In this document: in pieces, positions 32,830 to 41,647 of the stretch
Layout: each line of letters starts with the position of its first letter
How positions within the stretch are numbered: the stretch's first letter is position 1
NCBI GenBank assembly: GCA_965215005.1
Contig: CBDCCZ010000009.1
Coordinates: 1-64,000, forward strand
Source: Kofleriaceae bacterium
GTDB lineage: Bacteria > Myxococcota_A > Polyangia > Haliangiales > Haliangiaceae
Direction of reading: 5' to 3'
DNA: 64,000 bases
Notes under the pieces: generated by a model
Databases searched by the model: none
What the model was told of the DNA's origin: nothing
What the model saw: only the letters and a program-made list of their open reading frames with translations
Program-made: the position numbers and the translations under genes

Positions 32830-35297
32830 AGGCATTAACATGCGCGGCCGTAGCGCTCGCGGCGATGGCAGCGGTAGCCGAGGCGCAGCCAGTCGCTCCA
32901 GACGAAGCGCCAGTGGTCGAAGAAGCGCCGGCCGCAGACGAAGCGCCGGTCGTGGACGAGGTGCCGGTCGTTCGAAACGAGGCGCTGGTCACGCCAGCTC
33001 GGCTGCTAGCGCCGGTTGTACCGGTGTATCCATCGCTGGCCAAAGACAGCGGCCTAGAAGCCGACGTCGCCGTGCTCATCGACGTCTCGGCGACCGGAGC
33101 CGTCACAAGCGTCGTGGTCGTGGAGCCCGTCGGCAGCGGCTTCGATGAGGCCGCTCTTGCCGCGGCTCGAGCGATGCGGTTTACGCCGGCGCAGCAGGCC
33201 GGAATGCCCGTCGCCTCGCAGGTGCAACACACCTTCGCGTTCCGCAAAGAAACCGCGCCGCGCTCGCAAAAGCCGGAGCCGCAGCCCGTGCGCAGCGACG
33301 AAACGTATCGCACCGAGGTGTGGCTTGGCGGCGACGACTCCACCGTCGGCACCGTGGTGCTTTCGGAAGAAGAGCTGCGCGAGCTGCCTGGAACCCTCGG
33401 CGAGCCGATGCGCGCCGTCATGCTTTTGCCCGGCGTCACCACCTCGACGACCGGCGTGGCCTACCCGATTATTCGCGGTTCACTACCTGGCGAGTCGCAA
33501 TACGTGGTCGACGGCATCCAGGTGCCGTTGCTGTATCACTTCATGCTCGGCACGTCCGTGCTGCATCCCAACATCATCGGCGAGCTCGAATTTCATCCTG
33601 GGGGCGTTCCGGCGCAACACGGCAGGCTACTGGCAGGATTGGTGGAAGCGCATTTGGCCGACGCTCCCGTCGAGCGCAAAGACGAGGTTCGTCTCACCCT
33701 CGTCGACGTCGGTCTCTATCACGGGCAGCCCATCGGCGAGGACGCCGATCTCGTTGCCGCGGTGAAGGCAGGCACCCTTGGCGCGATCGCCTGGCTCATC
33801 GACCCCAGCATCATCGTGAGCTACGCCGACTACCAAGCGCGTTATCGGCACGATATCGGCGCGGGTCGGCTCTCGCTCACCGCCTTGGGCGCGTGGGACC
33901 TCATCAAGTTCGTGCCGAAAGACGACGAAGATACGGCGGAAGACGATCTGTGGCTTGGCTTTCACCGGCTCGATCTCCGCTATGACAGGCCCGTTGGCGC
34001 TAGCAACGTCGCCGTCGGGGTAGAGCTTGGTTACGACGCCATCGGCAGCAACTCCAATGGACGTGATGCACCCGTGGAGGGAGACCCAGATTTTCCGCCG
34101 GAGCGGCCCGATCCGAAGCTCAGCGACTGGCGAGCACGACCGCACGCACAGCTCACCTCGCGCCTCACCGATACGCTCGGAATGCGCGTGGGCGCCGACG
34201 TTTTGCTGCAGCGACCGCGGGTGCGAGGCGCTGATATCACGTCGGCCGACGAGCTCGAACCCTCGCCCTATATTGTCAAGCCGAGCTCGATTGTCACCAG
34301 CGGGGCATGGCTTGGGCTCGACTGGATCTTGGGCGCCCTGACGGTGCGGCCCGGCGTGCGCGTCGATCACTATCGAACCAACACCGACGAGGGCCGCTTC
34401 ACCGACACCACCATCGATCCGCGACTAGCCCTCGACTATCGCGTTCATCGCGACGCTACCCTCAAAGCCGCCGTAGGCGTGTATCACTCGCCGCCGCGAT
34501 TCACGCTGGTCGACAGCAGAATCACCATTGGGCCAGTACCAGCGACCGATGGCCGTGGCGCTCGCTACGGCAGCAATCGCTCGCTTCAGACCCAGCTCGG
34601 TATCGAAGCGTGGCTGGCGGACATGCAGGCCACCGCCACCGCCTTCTACCAACAGAGTGACTATGCCATTGACCTCGGCGCTCTCGATTTACCGGTCGTT
34701 CCCGACGACCGCGAGTTCTGCGACACCGGGACCTTCGTCGAGGACAGCGAGCGGGCGCGGCCCGTCGGCGTGAAGGGCCGCAGCTATGGCCTCGAGCTCA
34801 TGGGCCGGCAACCGCTCGGCGAAGAGGTGTTTGGCTGGGTTAGCTACACGTTGTCGCGCAACGAGCGCGAGGTCGCCGGAGTCGGCCGCTTTCCGACCAA
34901 CTTCGACCAGACGCACGTGCTCAATGGTGCACTGTCGTGGACGCCGAACCGCCGCTGGACCCTCGGCGTGGCAGCGCAGGTGCATAGTGGTGTGGCGGCG
35001 ACCGGTGTTATCAGCAAGCGCTGCGAGCTGTCGCTGCCGGACCAGCCTGGCTACACCTACGTCGACACGAAACCAGGCCGTGTGAACGGCGAGCGCCTGC
35101 CGTGGTTTTGGCGCGGCGACGTACGCGCCGAGCGCCACTTCGAGCTCGATGGTTGGAAGCTCCACGTCTTCTTCGAGATGATCAACGCCACGCTGCAGAC
35201 CGACTACCAAAGCTTGGAGGTCAATAACGCTGGCGAGACCAAGCCCTCGGGCTTCCCCATCGTCGTACCGATGATCGGTGCGCGCGGTGAGTTCTAA
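32826..35297 (+). CDS. TonB-dependent receptor with an N-terminal TonB_C-like domain
   Basis: Signal peptide; PVYP...GFDEAALAAARAMRFTPA; plug LPGV..IIRG; DPRL, GRSYGLEL, DQTH; terminal GARGEF; ATGA overlap. Confidence 0.88.
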   Translation: MKALTCAAVALAAMAAVAEAQPVAPDEAPVVEEAPAADEAPVVDEVPVVRNEALVTPARLLAPVVPVYPSLAKDSGLEADVAVLIDVSATGAVTSVVVVEPVGSGFDEAALAAARAMRFTPAQQAGMPVASQVQHTFAFRKETAPRSQKPEPQPVRSDETYRTEVWLGGDDSTVGTVVLSEEELRELPGTLGEPMRAVMLLPGVTTSTTGVAYPIIRGSLPGESQYVVDGIQVPLLYHFMLGTSVLHPNIIGELEFHPGGVPAQHGRLLAGLVEAHLADAPVERKDEVRLTLVDVGLYHGQPIGEDADLVAAVKAGTLGAIAWLIDPSIIVSYADYQARYRHDIGAGRLSLTALGAWDLIKFVPKDDEDTAEDDLWLGFHRLDLRYDRPVGASNVAVGVELGYDAIGSNSNGRDAPVEGDPDFPPERPDPKLSDWRARPHAQLTSRLTDTLGMRVGADVLLQRPRVRGADITSADELEPSPYIVKPSSIVTSGAWLGLDWILGALTVRPGVRVDHYRTNTDEGRFTDTTIDPRLALDYRVHRDATLKAAVGVYHSPPRFTLVDSRITIGPVPATDGRGARYGSNRSLQTQLGIEAWLADMQATATAFYQQSDYAIDLGALDLPVVPDDREFCDTGTFVEDSERARPVGVKGRSYGLELMGRQPLGEEVFGWVSYTLSRNEREVAGVGRFPTNFDQTHVLNGALSWTPNRRWTLGVAAQVHSGVAATGVISKRCELSLPDQPGYTYVDTKPGRVNGERLPWFWRGDVRAERHFELDGWKLHVFFEMINATLQTDYQSLEVNNAGETKPSGFPIVVPMIGARGEF

Positions 35298-35330
35298 GGC
35301 GACTTAAGGCGAACCAACTAGGAGTAATCG

Positions 35331-35954
35331 GTGAACCTCGAAATGCAAATGTCTGCGTTCGCACTACACGGCGCTGCCTGGGTGCTTTGGCTGCTCGTGG
35401 CACTGTCGGTGCTGTCTCTTGCCATCATTTTGGAACGGGCCGTGTTCTATTGGCGCCGTCGCGTGAACATCGATTCGTTGATTGCCCGCATGGAGCGTCC
35501 GCTGCGTGCCGGCGAGCTGCCGCGGCTGTCGCCAGCACGGTCGATGGAGCACTGGGTTGCCGGTGCTGGGTTGGGCCAGCTCTCGCACGGCGCCGAGCGT
35601 GTCGCCGATGCGATGCGCGCCGAGGAGCTGCGCACCCGCGCTGACTATGAGCGCGGGCTGTCGATTCTCGCGACGCTCGGCGCCAACGCACCGTTCGTTG
35701 GCCTGTTCGGCACCGTGCTCGGGGTGATCCGCGCGTTCGCTGACCTCTCCCGCGGCACCGCCGCCGGCGCTAGCGCGGTGATGGCCGGCATCTCTGAGGC
35801 GCTAGTCGCTACCGCGGTGGGCCTTGCCGTCGCGCTGCCGGCCGTCGCTGCGTACAACATCTTTCAGCGGCGCCTGTCGCGCTCGAGCGCCAACTCCGAG
35901 CGGCTGCTCCATCACTTGGTCGCCTACGCGCGCAGCTACCCGAGGAGTCATTGA
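35331..35954 (+). CDS. exbB: MotA/TolQ/ExbB family protein
   Basis: APFVGLFGTVLGVIRAF, GISEALVATAVGL. Confidence 0.92.
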   Translation: MNLEMQMSAFALHGAAWVLWLLVALSVLSLAIILERAVFYWRRRVNIDSLIARMERPLRAGELPRLSPARSMEHWVAGAGLGQLSHGAERVADAMRAEELRTRADYERGLSILATLGANAPFVGLFGTVLGVIRAFADLSRGTAAGASAVMAGISEALVATAVGLAVALPAVAAYNIFQRRLSRSSANSERLLHHLVAYARSYPRSH

Positions 35955-36379
35955 TGGGCGCCGGTGCGGGCTCGCGCGGTGGCGGTCCCATCGCCGACAT
36001 CAACGTCACGCCGCTGGTCGACGTGATGCTCGTCCTCCTCATCGTGTTCATGGTCAGCGCCGAGCTCATTGACCGCGGGGCACTGCCGGTGACGATGCCG
36101 ACGGCGGCGAGCGCTTCTGCGCCGCCGGTCTCGCCCATCGGTGTGACCGTGACGGTCGACGGCAGCATCGCCATCGGGGAGCGGGTGTGGCCCGACGCGG
36201 ACCAGGCGGCCGCGGCCATCGTCGCCGAGCAGTCCCGCGAGCCCCGGCCGGTTCTGCTCACCGCCGATAAGGATGCGCGCTATCAGCAGCTGGTGACCGT
36301 GCTCGAGGCGCTGAGCGCCGGCGGTGTCACCGAGCTCGGCCTCGCGGTTCGCGTCGATGACGGCCAAGGTGGCTCATGA
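35951..36379 (+). CDS. exbD: ExbD/TolR family protein
   Basis: INVTPLVDVMLVLLIVFMV; ADKDARY. Confidence 0.9.
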   Translation: MMGAGAGSRGGGPIADINVTPLVDVMLVLLIVFMVSAELIDRGALPVTMPTAASASAPPVSPIGVTVTVDGSIAIGERVWPDADQAAAAIVAEQSREPRPVLLTADKDARYQQLVTVLEALSAGGVTELGLAVRVDDGQGGS

Positions 36380-37176
36380 GGCGGAAGCGGATGATTCTCG
36401 ACGGCCTCCAGCCGCCGCGCTACCCTCGAAGCTCGCTGATGCGTCGCCGCTGGATCAGGCCCGAGATGTTGCTCGGGGCACTCGCGATGCTCGGCAGCGG
36501 GTGTGAACCGCTCGCCGATGACACGTACGAAGGCGAGCCGCTCCTCGTCGTCAACGGCTACTTCGTTGACGACGCTGGCGAGTACGCTTCTGGAGGTGAC
36601 CTACAGCCCGTGATTTGGTGGATACCGCCTCCCGACTCGACGGGCGAGTTCGTGTTCGTGGATTCTGGTTACTCGAATGGGTCTGACTTCAACCTCTGGT
36701 TGTCGATTTTGTTCGAGCCCTGGCTCGAGGTAATCGCTCCCTTAGCAACTCCTTTTGGCGCTGACGCTTCTGCTCCGCTGGCGTTTGGGCAAATCGTGGG
36801 AGTGCCCCGCTCGAGTTGGGGCCCCGCTAGAAGAGAGTTCTACCCGCGAGAGGAGTGGCCTGCGCGGATCGCTGCCGTCGTAGAGGGCTATGTCGTTGTG
36901 TCTGTGGGAGAGCGGCCGGGGAGTCCAACGGTGGATGCGAGCGTTCGATTGTTCGGCATCTCCATGGCCCCAGGCATCTATCTTGCGTCGGTGACGCCCC
37001 GCGATGCCGACGAGTTGGCGCAGGCAGAGGCCTGCGAAGCGGCGGCCACGAGCTTGGAAGCGTGGGTGGCGTGTCCCAGCCGGTGGCCCGCGATCACGCC
37101 GCTCAGGTCCGGTAGTGTGGAGGCGCGGAAACTGGGAAGGCTCGAGGGAGTTCCTGCGTTTTCGTGGCCGCAGTAG
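36376..37176 (+). CDS. Hypothetical lipoprotein
   Basis: Lipobox LGSGC followed by YEGEPL; ATGA-coupled to exbD, though the true start may be further downstream. Confidence 0.65.
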   Translation: MRRKRMILDGLQPPRYPRSSLMRRRWIRPEMLLGALAMLGSGCEPLADDTYEGEPLLVVNGYFVDDAGEYASGGDLQPVIWWIPPPDSTGEFVFVDSGYSNGSDFNLWLSILFEPWLEVIAPLATPFGADASAPLAFGQIVGVPRSSWGPARREFYPREEWPARIAAVVEGYVVVSVGERPGSPTVDASVRLFGISMAPGIYLASVTPRDADELAQAEACEAAATSLEAWVACPSRWPAITPLRSGSVEARKLGRLEGVPAFSWPQ

Positions 37177-37191
37177 ATTGTTGCGCAGTTC

Positions 37192-37222
37192 CGTGCGGGA
37201 TTATCAGCGACTGCGGTTCTAA
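37192..37222 (+). promoter_or_regulatory. Candidate ECF promoter, copy 2 (autoregulatory position)
   Basis: CGTGCG-N16-CGGTTCTAA, 6 nt before GTG 37229. Confidence 0.7.
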
Positions 37223-37228
37223 CCAACA

Positions 37229-37762
37229 GTGCCCGTGACACCGCAGCAGTCTCGCCCGACCCAATCGACCGAGGAGCCAGCACCCGCCGTGGATGTTGCT
37301 GCCGCGTATCGGTCGTACGGACACTCTGTGCTTCGCCGTGCCCGGCAGCTGCTCGGCGACGAGGACGAGGCCGCCGACATCATGCAAGACGTGTTTTCGT
37401 CGCTCTGGCACCGTCCAGAGCAATACGGCGGCCGCGCGGCGCTCTCGACCTGGCTGTACCGCGCGACGACGAACCTGTGTCTCAACCGGATGCGAAACCG
37501 CAGCAATCGCGATCGACTGCTGGTAGAGAAGGTCGCCCCGGCCATCGAGCGAGAAGGCGCCTCGGCCGCGGCTGAGACCCTGGCGCGGCAAGTCCTCAGT
37601 CAAATGCCAGTGGACCTGGCGCAAGCGGCTATTCACTACTTCATGGACGGAATGACCCATGAAGAAGTCGCCCAAGTGATGGATTGCTCACCCCGTCACG
37701 TCGGAAACCTGATCAAGCGAGCACAACGATGGGCGCAACAGCGGGAGGTTGCCCAGCCATGA
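37229..37762 (+). CDS. ECF-type RNA polymerase sigma factor
   Basis: Sigma2 EAADIMQDVF...TWLYRATTNLCLNRMR; sigma4 DGMTHEEVAQVMDCS. Confidence 0.92.
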   Translation: MPVTPQQSRPTQSTEEPAPAVDVAAAYRSYGHSVLRRARQLLGDEDEAADIMQDVFSSLWHRPEQYGGRAALSTWLYRATTNLCLNRMRNRSNRDRLLVEKVAPAIEREGASAAAETLARQVLSQMPVDLAQAAIHYFMDGMTHEEVAQVMDCSPRHVGNLIKRAQRWAQQREVAQP

Positions 37763-38505
37763 CTCAAAACCAACTTCAGGAGTATTGCGTTTCGAATCTG
37801 CAAATTGACCGCTGGCTCGTCGATGAGCTGGAGGCCGATGAAAAGCGGCGCTTCGATGAGCACTGCGCGATGTGCTTGGCGTGTCGTCGCCGGCGCGGTG
37901 AGCTCGCGGCGACGGCGCGCGCGTTCGCTGCTGCGTCGCCGCCGCTCGAGGTGTTGTCGGCAGCACCACCGCGCACGGCTCGACGCTGGTCGCGCGCGGC
38001 TGCAGGCGCGGCCGCGGCTCTGGCCATGGCCGCGGCGGCGCTGCTACTGATGCGCCCCGAGGGGGCGGGAGCTCCGCCACAGGTAGCGTCGTCAACGCGA
38101 AGCAAGGGCAGCGAGGCCCGGTTAGAGGTCGTTCTCGCGTCTGAGGGAGCACAGCGGCTGATCGATAGCGGCGCCGTCGTCCATCCGGGAGACCTGCTCC
38201 AGCTCCGCTATACTAGTCCTCGCAGCGGATACCTGGCGGTGTTAGGGCGCGATCAGACGGGAATGATCAGCGCGTATTACGAGGCCGATGGTCATGCTGC
38301 AGCCATCGTGGCCGGTTCTGAGATTGCTCTTTCTAACGCAATCGAGCTCGATGACACTTTAGGAACGGAAACGCTGTACGGGTTCTTCTGTGCCGATCCC
38401 GTGGCCATCAAGGCCTTGCGGGGCGTTCTCGAAGCACAGCCAGCCGAGCGAGTGGTGCCAACATCATGCGAGCTGCAGGAACTATCCTTCGACAAGCAGC
38501 GCTGA
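37759..38505 (+). CDS. Zinc-binding transmembrane anti-sigma factor with a DUF4384-like extracytoplasmic domain
   Basis: HCAMCLAC (HxxxCxxC), one TM helix, PGDLLQLRY..GYLAVLG..IELDDTLGTE; ATGA overlap with the sigma gene. Confidence 0.82.
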   Translation: MTQNQLQEYCVSNLQIDRWLVDELEADEKRRFDEHCAMCLACRRRRGELAATARAFAAASPPLEVLSAAPPRTARRWSRAAAGAAAALAMAAAALLLMRPEGAGAPPQVASSTRSKGSEARLEVVLASEGAQRLIDSGAVVHPGDLLQLRYTSPRSGYLAVLGRDQTGMISAYYEADGHAAAIVAGSEIALSNAIELDDTLGTETLYGFFCADPVAIKALRGVLEAQPAERVVPTSCELQELSFDKQR

Positions 38506-40076
38506 CCGCCGCCGTTGCCGCGGTGCTGGTTTCCATGAGCGGTTCGGCGCACGCCGACGCCCCGCGGTATGCGGTAGTCGTTGGCAACAACGATGGCGCG
38601 CCCTCACAGGGCAAGCTCGAATACGCGGAAAGCGATGCGCTCAAGATGTTCGAGGTATTGCAGGGCATCGGCGACTTCGCTGCCGCAAACACGCTGCTGC
38701 TCCGGGGCGCCAACGCTAGCGCTGTCAATGAAGCGGTTCTAACGGTCAATGAGCGCATTCGCGGCCTCGATCCAGCAGAGCGCGAGCGCTCGATGCTCGT
38801 TGTCTACTATTCGGGTCACGGTGATGCGAGTGCGCTGCACCTCGGCGACAGCACGTTCCCGCTTCGTCGGCTCGAGAAGCTCGTGAGCGGCTCCGCTGCC
38901 GCGGTGCGGGTGTTGATACTCGATTCCTGTCGTTCAGGTGCCGCCACGCGGGTCAAGGGCGGTCGGCTGGTGCCTTCGGTGCAAGTGCAACTGCGCTCGC
39001 GGCTTTCGAGTGAAGGGTTGATCATCCTCACGGCCAGCGCAGCCGGAGAAGATGCGCAAGAGTCAGATGAGCTGCAAGGGTCATTCTTCACGCACTATCT
39101 GGTTTCCGGACTTCTCGGCGCCGCCGATCGCGACGGCGACAACCACGTTGGCCTGCAAGAGGCCTACGACTACGCGTACCAGCACACGCTGCGAGCCTCG
39201 AGCCGAACGCTGCAAGGGGTTCAGCATCCGACCTTCCGCTTCGACACCCGCGGTACCAAAGATATCGCCTTCACCCGCGTTGCGCGTCCGACGCAGCGAG
39301 CGCAAATCGAGCTCCCCAAGGGTTATAGTTATCTACTGCTGCGTTCGGGACACCGAGGAGCGGTGGTGGCCGAGGTTGATGCCACCGACCCGGTACGGAC
39401 GCTGAGTCTGTCGCCAGGACGTTACTTCGTGCGCGTCCGTGCACGGGACTATTTGCTCGAAGGCCAGGTCGAGCTGCGCGCTGGCGTTGCCACCCGCGTC
39501 AACCACGAAGAATTCCGCCGCACCGACTATGCGCGCTTGGTTCGAAAGGGCGGAAGTGATCTTTCGCTGGTACACGGGCCTCGCTTGGCGTTCAGCTATC
39601 GCTCCGCGCTTTTGGGTGAGGGCGAGGCTACGGGTCTCTCCTTGTCCTACGTCTTCGAGAGTCGCTATGCCACGGTGGCGCCGCGACTCTCCTTCCGCGA
39701 AGAAGACATCACGACGCAAGTGACCTCATCGGCGCTGGGCGAGATGAGTGCAGATGTATTTCTCGGACATTCTTTGGATGTGCCGTGGCGAACGACGCTC
39801 GAAGTGGGCGCTGTCATCGGCGGAGCGCTCCTGTCGCAGAAGTATGACCAACCGAGTACGACGGTCACACCCGATCGGCTATCGAGCACGGTCTTCTTGG
39901 GCACTGAAGCCACAGTGTTGCGCGAGCTGCCTGGCGGAACGTACCTAAGTATCACCCTTGGCTCACGCTCTTACTTCTTTGGCACCATCGGCGCCGCCAA
40001 TAGCTCCGCTTCAACCGGATCCCGAGAGCAGCATTTCGCCTGGATCCTCGACTTTGGTATCGGCAAGCGCTGGTAG
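38466..40076 (+). CDS. Exported caspase-family (peptidase C14) protein with a predicted C-terminal beta-barrel
   Basis: Signal peptide ending AHA; YAVVVGNN, YYSGHG (His), ILDSCRSG (Cys), SFFTHYL, QHP; amphipathic strands ending DFGIGKRW. Confidence 0.88.
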   Translation: MRAAGTILRQAALTAAVAAVLVSMSGSAHADAPRYAVVVGNNDGAPSQGKLEYAESDALKMFEVLQGIGDFAAANTLLLRGANASAVNEAVLTVNERIRGLDPAERERSMLVVYYSGHGDASALHLGDSTFPLRRLEKLVSGSAAAVRVLILDSCRSGAATRVKGGRLVPSVQVQLRSRLSSEGLIILTASAAGEDAQESDELQGSFFTHYLVSGLLGAADRDGDNHVGLQEAYDYAYQHTLRASSRTLQGVQHPTFRFDTRGTKDIAFTRVARPTQRAQIELPKGYSYLLLRSGHRGAVVAEVDATDPVRTLSLSPGRYFVRVRARDYLLEGQVELRAGVATRVNHEEFRRTDYARLVRKGGSDLSLVHGPRLAFSYRSALLGEGEATGLSLSYVFESRYATVAPRLSFREEDITTQVTSSALGEMSADVFLGHSLDVPWRTTLEVGAVIGGALLSQKYDQPSTTVTPDRLSSTVFLGTEATVLRELPGGTYLSITLGSRSYFFGTIGAANSSASTGSREQHFAWILDFGIGKRW

Positions 40077-40132
40077 CGCCGCCACAGCGAGGCGGAGCTG
40101 CGCGCGCTGCAGCCGTTTGCTCGTTTCTCATG

Positions 40133-40163
40133 CGTGCGTGAGCCGCGCCTGCGACGGTTCTAA
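40133..40163 (+). promoter_or_regulatory. Candidate ECF promoter, copy 3
   Basis: CGTGCG-N16-CGGTTCTAA upstream of lipoprotein paralog 1. Confidence 0.7.
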
Positions 40164-40239
40164 TTGGAGAACGGAAACGCTGGCCGACAAACGTGCTGGT
40201 CAGATAAACCGATCAGTCACCAAACGTAGGAGAATGAAT

Positions 40240-40623
40240 ATGCAATACAAGCTGATCTCGATGCTGCTCGTTTCGTGCAGCGTGCTGACTGCAGCTTGCG
40301 ACAATACCTGTGAGTTGTCAAAAAGCCAGAACACAATGGTCGAAGCGGTGGATGACACCTACGAGTTCACGTGGACCGATGACAACGTGACGGAGCTGAT
40401 TGTATCGCTCCAGACCTCCGAAACCGAGGGGGAGGTCGTGTGGTGGATCGCAGCGGCACCCGGAAATACGCTGCCTTCAGGCCTTCGCTATGGAGAGGTG
40501 CCTCCCGGCGCGACGGTTACGTCTGCCGCCGAAGATATCGTCGAAGGCGGCAAGTATGGAGTGTCGGTTCTTATGGACAATGGCGACCAGAGCTGCTTCT
40601 TGGATAGCGATTTTTCGAGCTGA
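40240..40623 (+). CDS. Small lipoprotein, paralog 1
   Basis: AGGAG RBS, lipobox LTAAC, TYEFTWTDDNV, LPSGLRYG. Confidence 0.85.
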   Translation: MQYKLISMLLVSCSVLTAACDNTCELSKSQNTMVEAVDDTYEFTWTDDNVTELIVSLQTSETEGEVVWWIAAAPGNTLPSGLRYGEVPPGATVTSAAEDIVEGGKYGVSVLMDNGDQSCFLDSDFSS

Positions 40624-40626
40624 TCC

Positions 40627-40789
40627 GGCACCAGCTTGCCACTGGTCACCGCGGGTGTATGCGGCAAGGAGGGCGCCGAACCTGCAGTGCAGTCAAGTGA
40701 CCGAGAGGCGGAAGGGACGCGCCTCCTCGAATCCTCACAACACGCCGGCCGGCGATAGCTGCGTCGTTCGCAGCGGTCTCACCCGCTAA
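40627..40789 (+). pseudogene. Decayed C-terminal remnant of a fourth lipoprotein paralog
   Basis: LP..EGA..D.E..G spaced as in the paralogs, then after a 1-nt shift GDSCVVRSGLTR* versus GESCVAESDFSR*. Confidence 0.45.
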
Positions 40790-41052
40790 GCCAGAGCCAT
40801 CGCCAGCACCAACGCCGGCGATGGCAGGTGCGCGAAGACGGCTGGGAATTGAGATCGTCGTGCGCAAGGTGCGCCCGCGACGGTTCAAAGCAAAGGACGT
40901 GGTCGGTGGTCGACGAAGCGGCTGATCATTGCCCAAATTCCATTTCACCTAACCCCAGCTCCGAGACTGTCTCACCTAGCGTCGGAGTATAGACATGCGT
41001 TGTGAATTTGTTGTGGGAGAGAGCTGCGGAATCTGTTTTTTATCGCAGTTGT

Positions 41053-41083
41053 CGTGCGCGAGGACCGCGCACGGCGGTTCTAA
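41053..41083 (+). promoter_or_regulatory. Candidate ECF promoter, copy 4
   Basis: CGTGCG-N16-CGGTTCTAA upstream of lipoprotein paralog 2. Confidence 0.7.
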
Positions 41084-41153
41084 CTTGAGAACGTGATCGC
41101 TGGCCGGTAGGAGCACTGGTCACATTGAAGCCATCATCAAACTAGATAGGAAA

Positions 41154-41549
41154 ATGAACATGCGTTACAAACTTGCCCTGATTCTGATTGCTATTTTGTT
41201 TTCGACCGTATTGACTGCAGGCTGCGATGGTACCTGCGAGTTGACGGCTAGTCAGGATGTTGCTGTCAAAGCGGTTGATGATACATATGAGTTCACGTGG
41301 ACCGATGACAACGTCACAGCGTTGCGCGTCACGCTTTGGACCTCAGATGACGAAGGAACCGTGGTGTGGAGCGTTGCAGCGGCCCCGGGAAAGAAGCTGC
41401 CTTCCGGAATGCGTTACGGACAGGTGCCTGAGGGCGCGACTGCGTCGACCGCCGCCAAGGATCTGGAAACAGGTGGCAGATACACGACGGTGATCGAGAT
41501 GGAAGAAGGCGGGGAGAGCTGCGTTGCGGAAAGCGACTTTTCCCGCTGA
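41154..41549 (+). CDS. Small lipoprotein, paralog 2
   Basis: Lipobox LTAGC, TYEFTWTDDNV, LPSGMRYG. Confidence 0.85.
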   Translation: MNMRYKLALILIAILFSTVLTAGCDGTCELTASQDVAVKAVDDTYEFTWTDDNVTALRVTLWTSDDEGTVVWSVAAAPGKKLPSGMRYGQVPEGATASTAAKDLETGGRYTTVIEMEEGGESCVAESDFSR

Positions 41550-41580
41550 GCGGGCGCCAGCACCCACGAACCTTCGCTGA

Positions 41581-41605
41581 GACGCCGTGTGCGGCACACG
41601 GCGTC
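41581..41605. other. Intergenic hairpin
   Basis: GACGCCGTGTG-CGG-CACACGGCGTC, perfect 11-bp stem between paralogs 2 and 3. Confidence 0.6.
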
Positions 41606-41647
41606 CTCGGAACGTTCACTAAGCCGATGTCTATAGGAGAATATCAG

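Noticed and set aside
38734..38742. Fifth CGGTTCTAA copy
   Set aside because: Lies inside the caspase CDS and lacks CGTGCG 16 nt upstream
41581..41647. ECF promoter upstream of paralog 3
   Set aside because: GTGCG is present within a hairpin, but there is no matching -10 at 16-nt spacing
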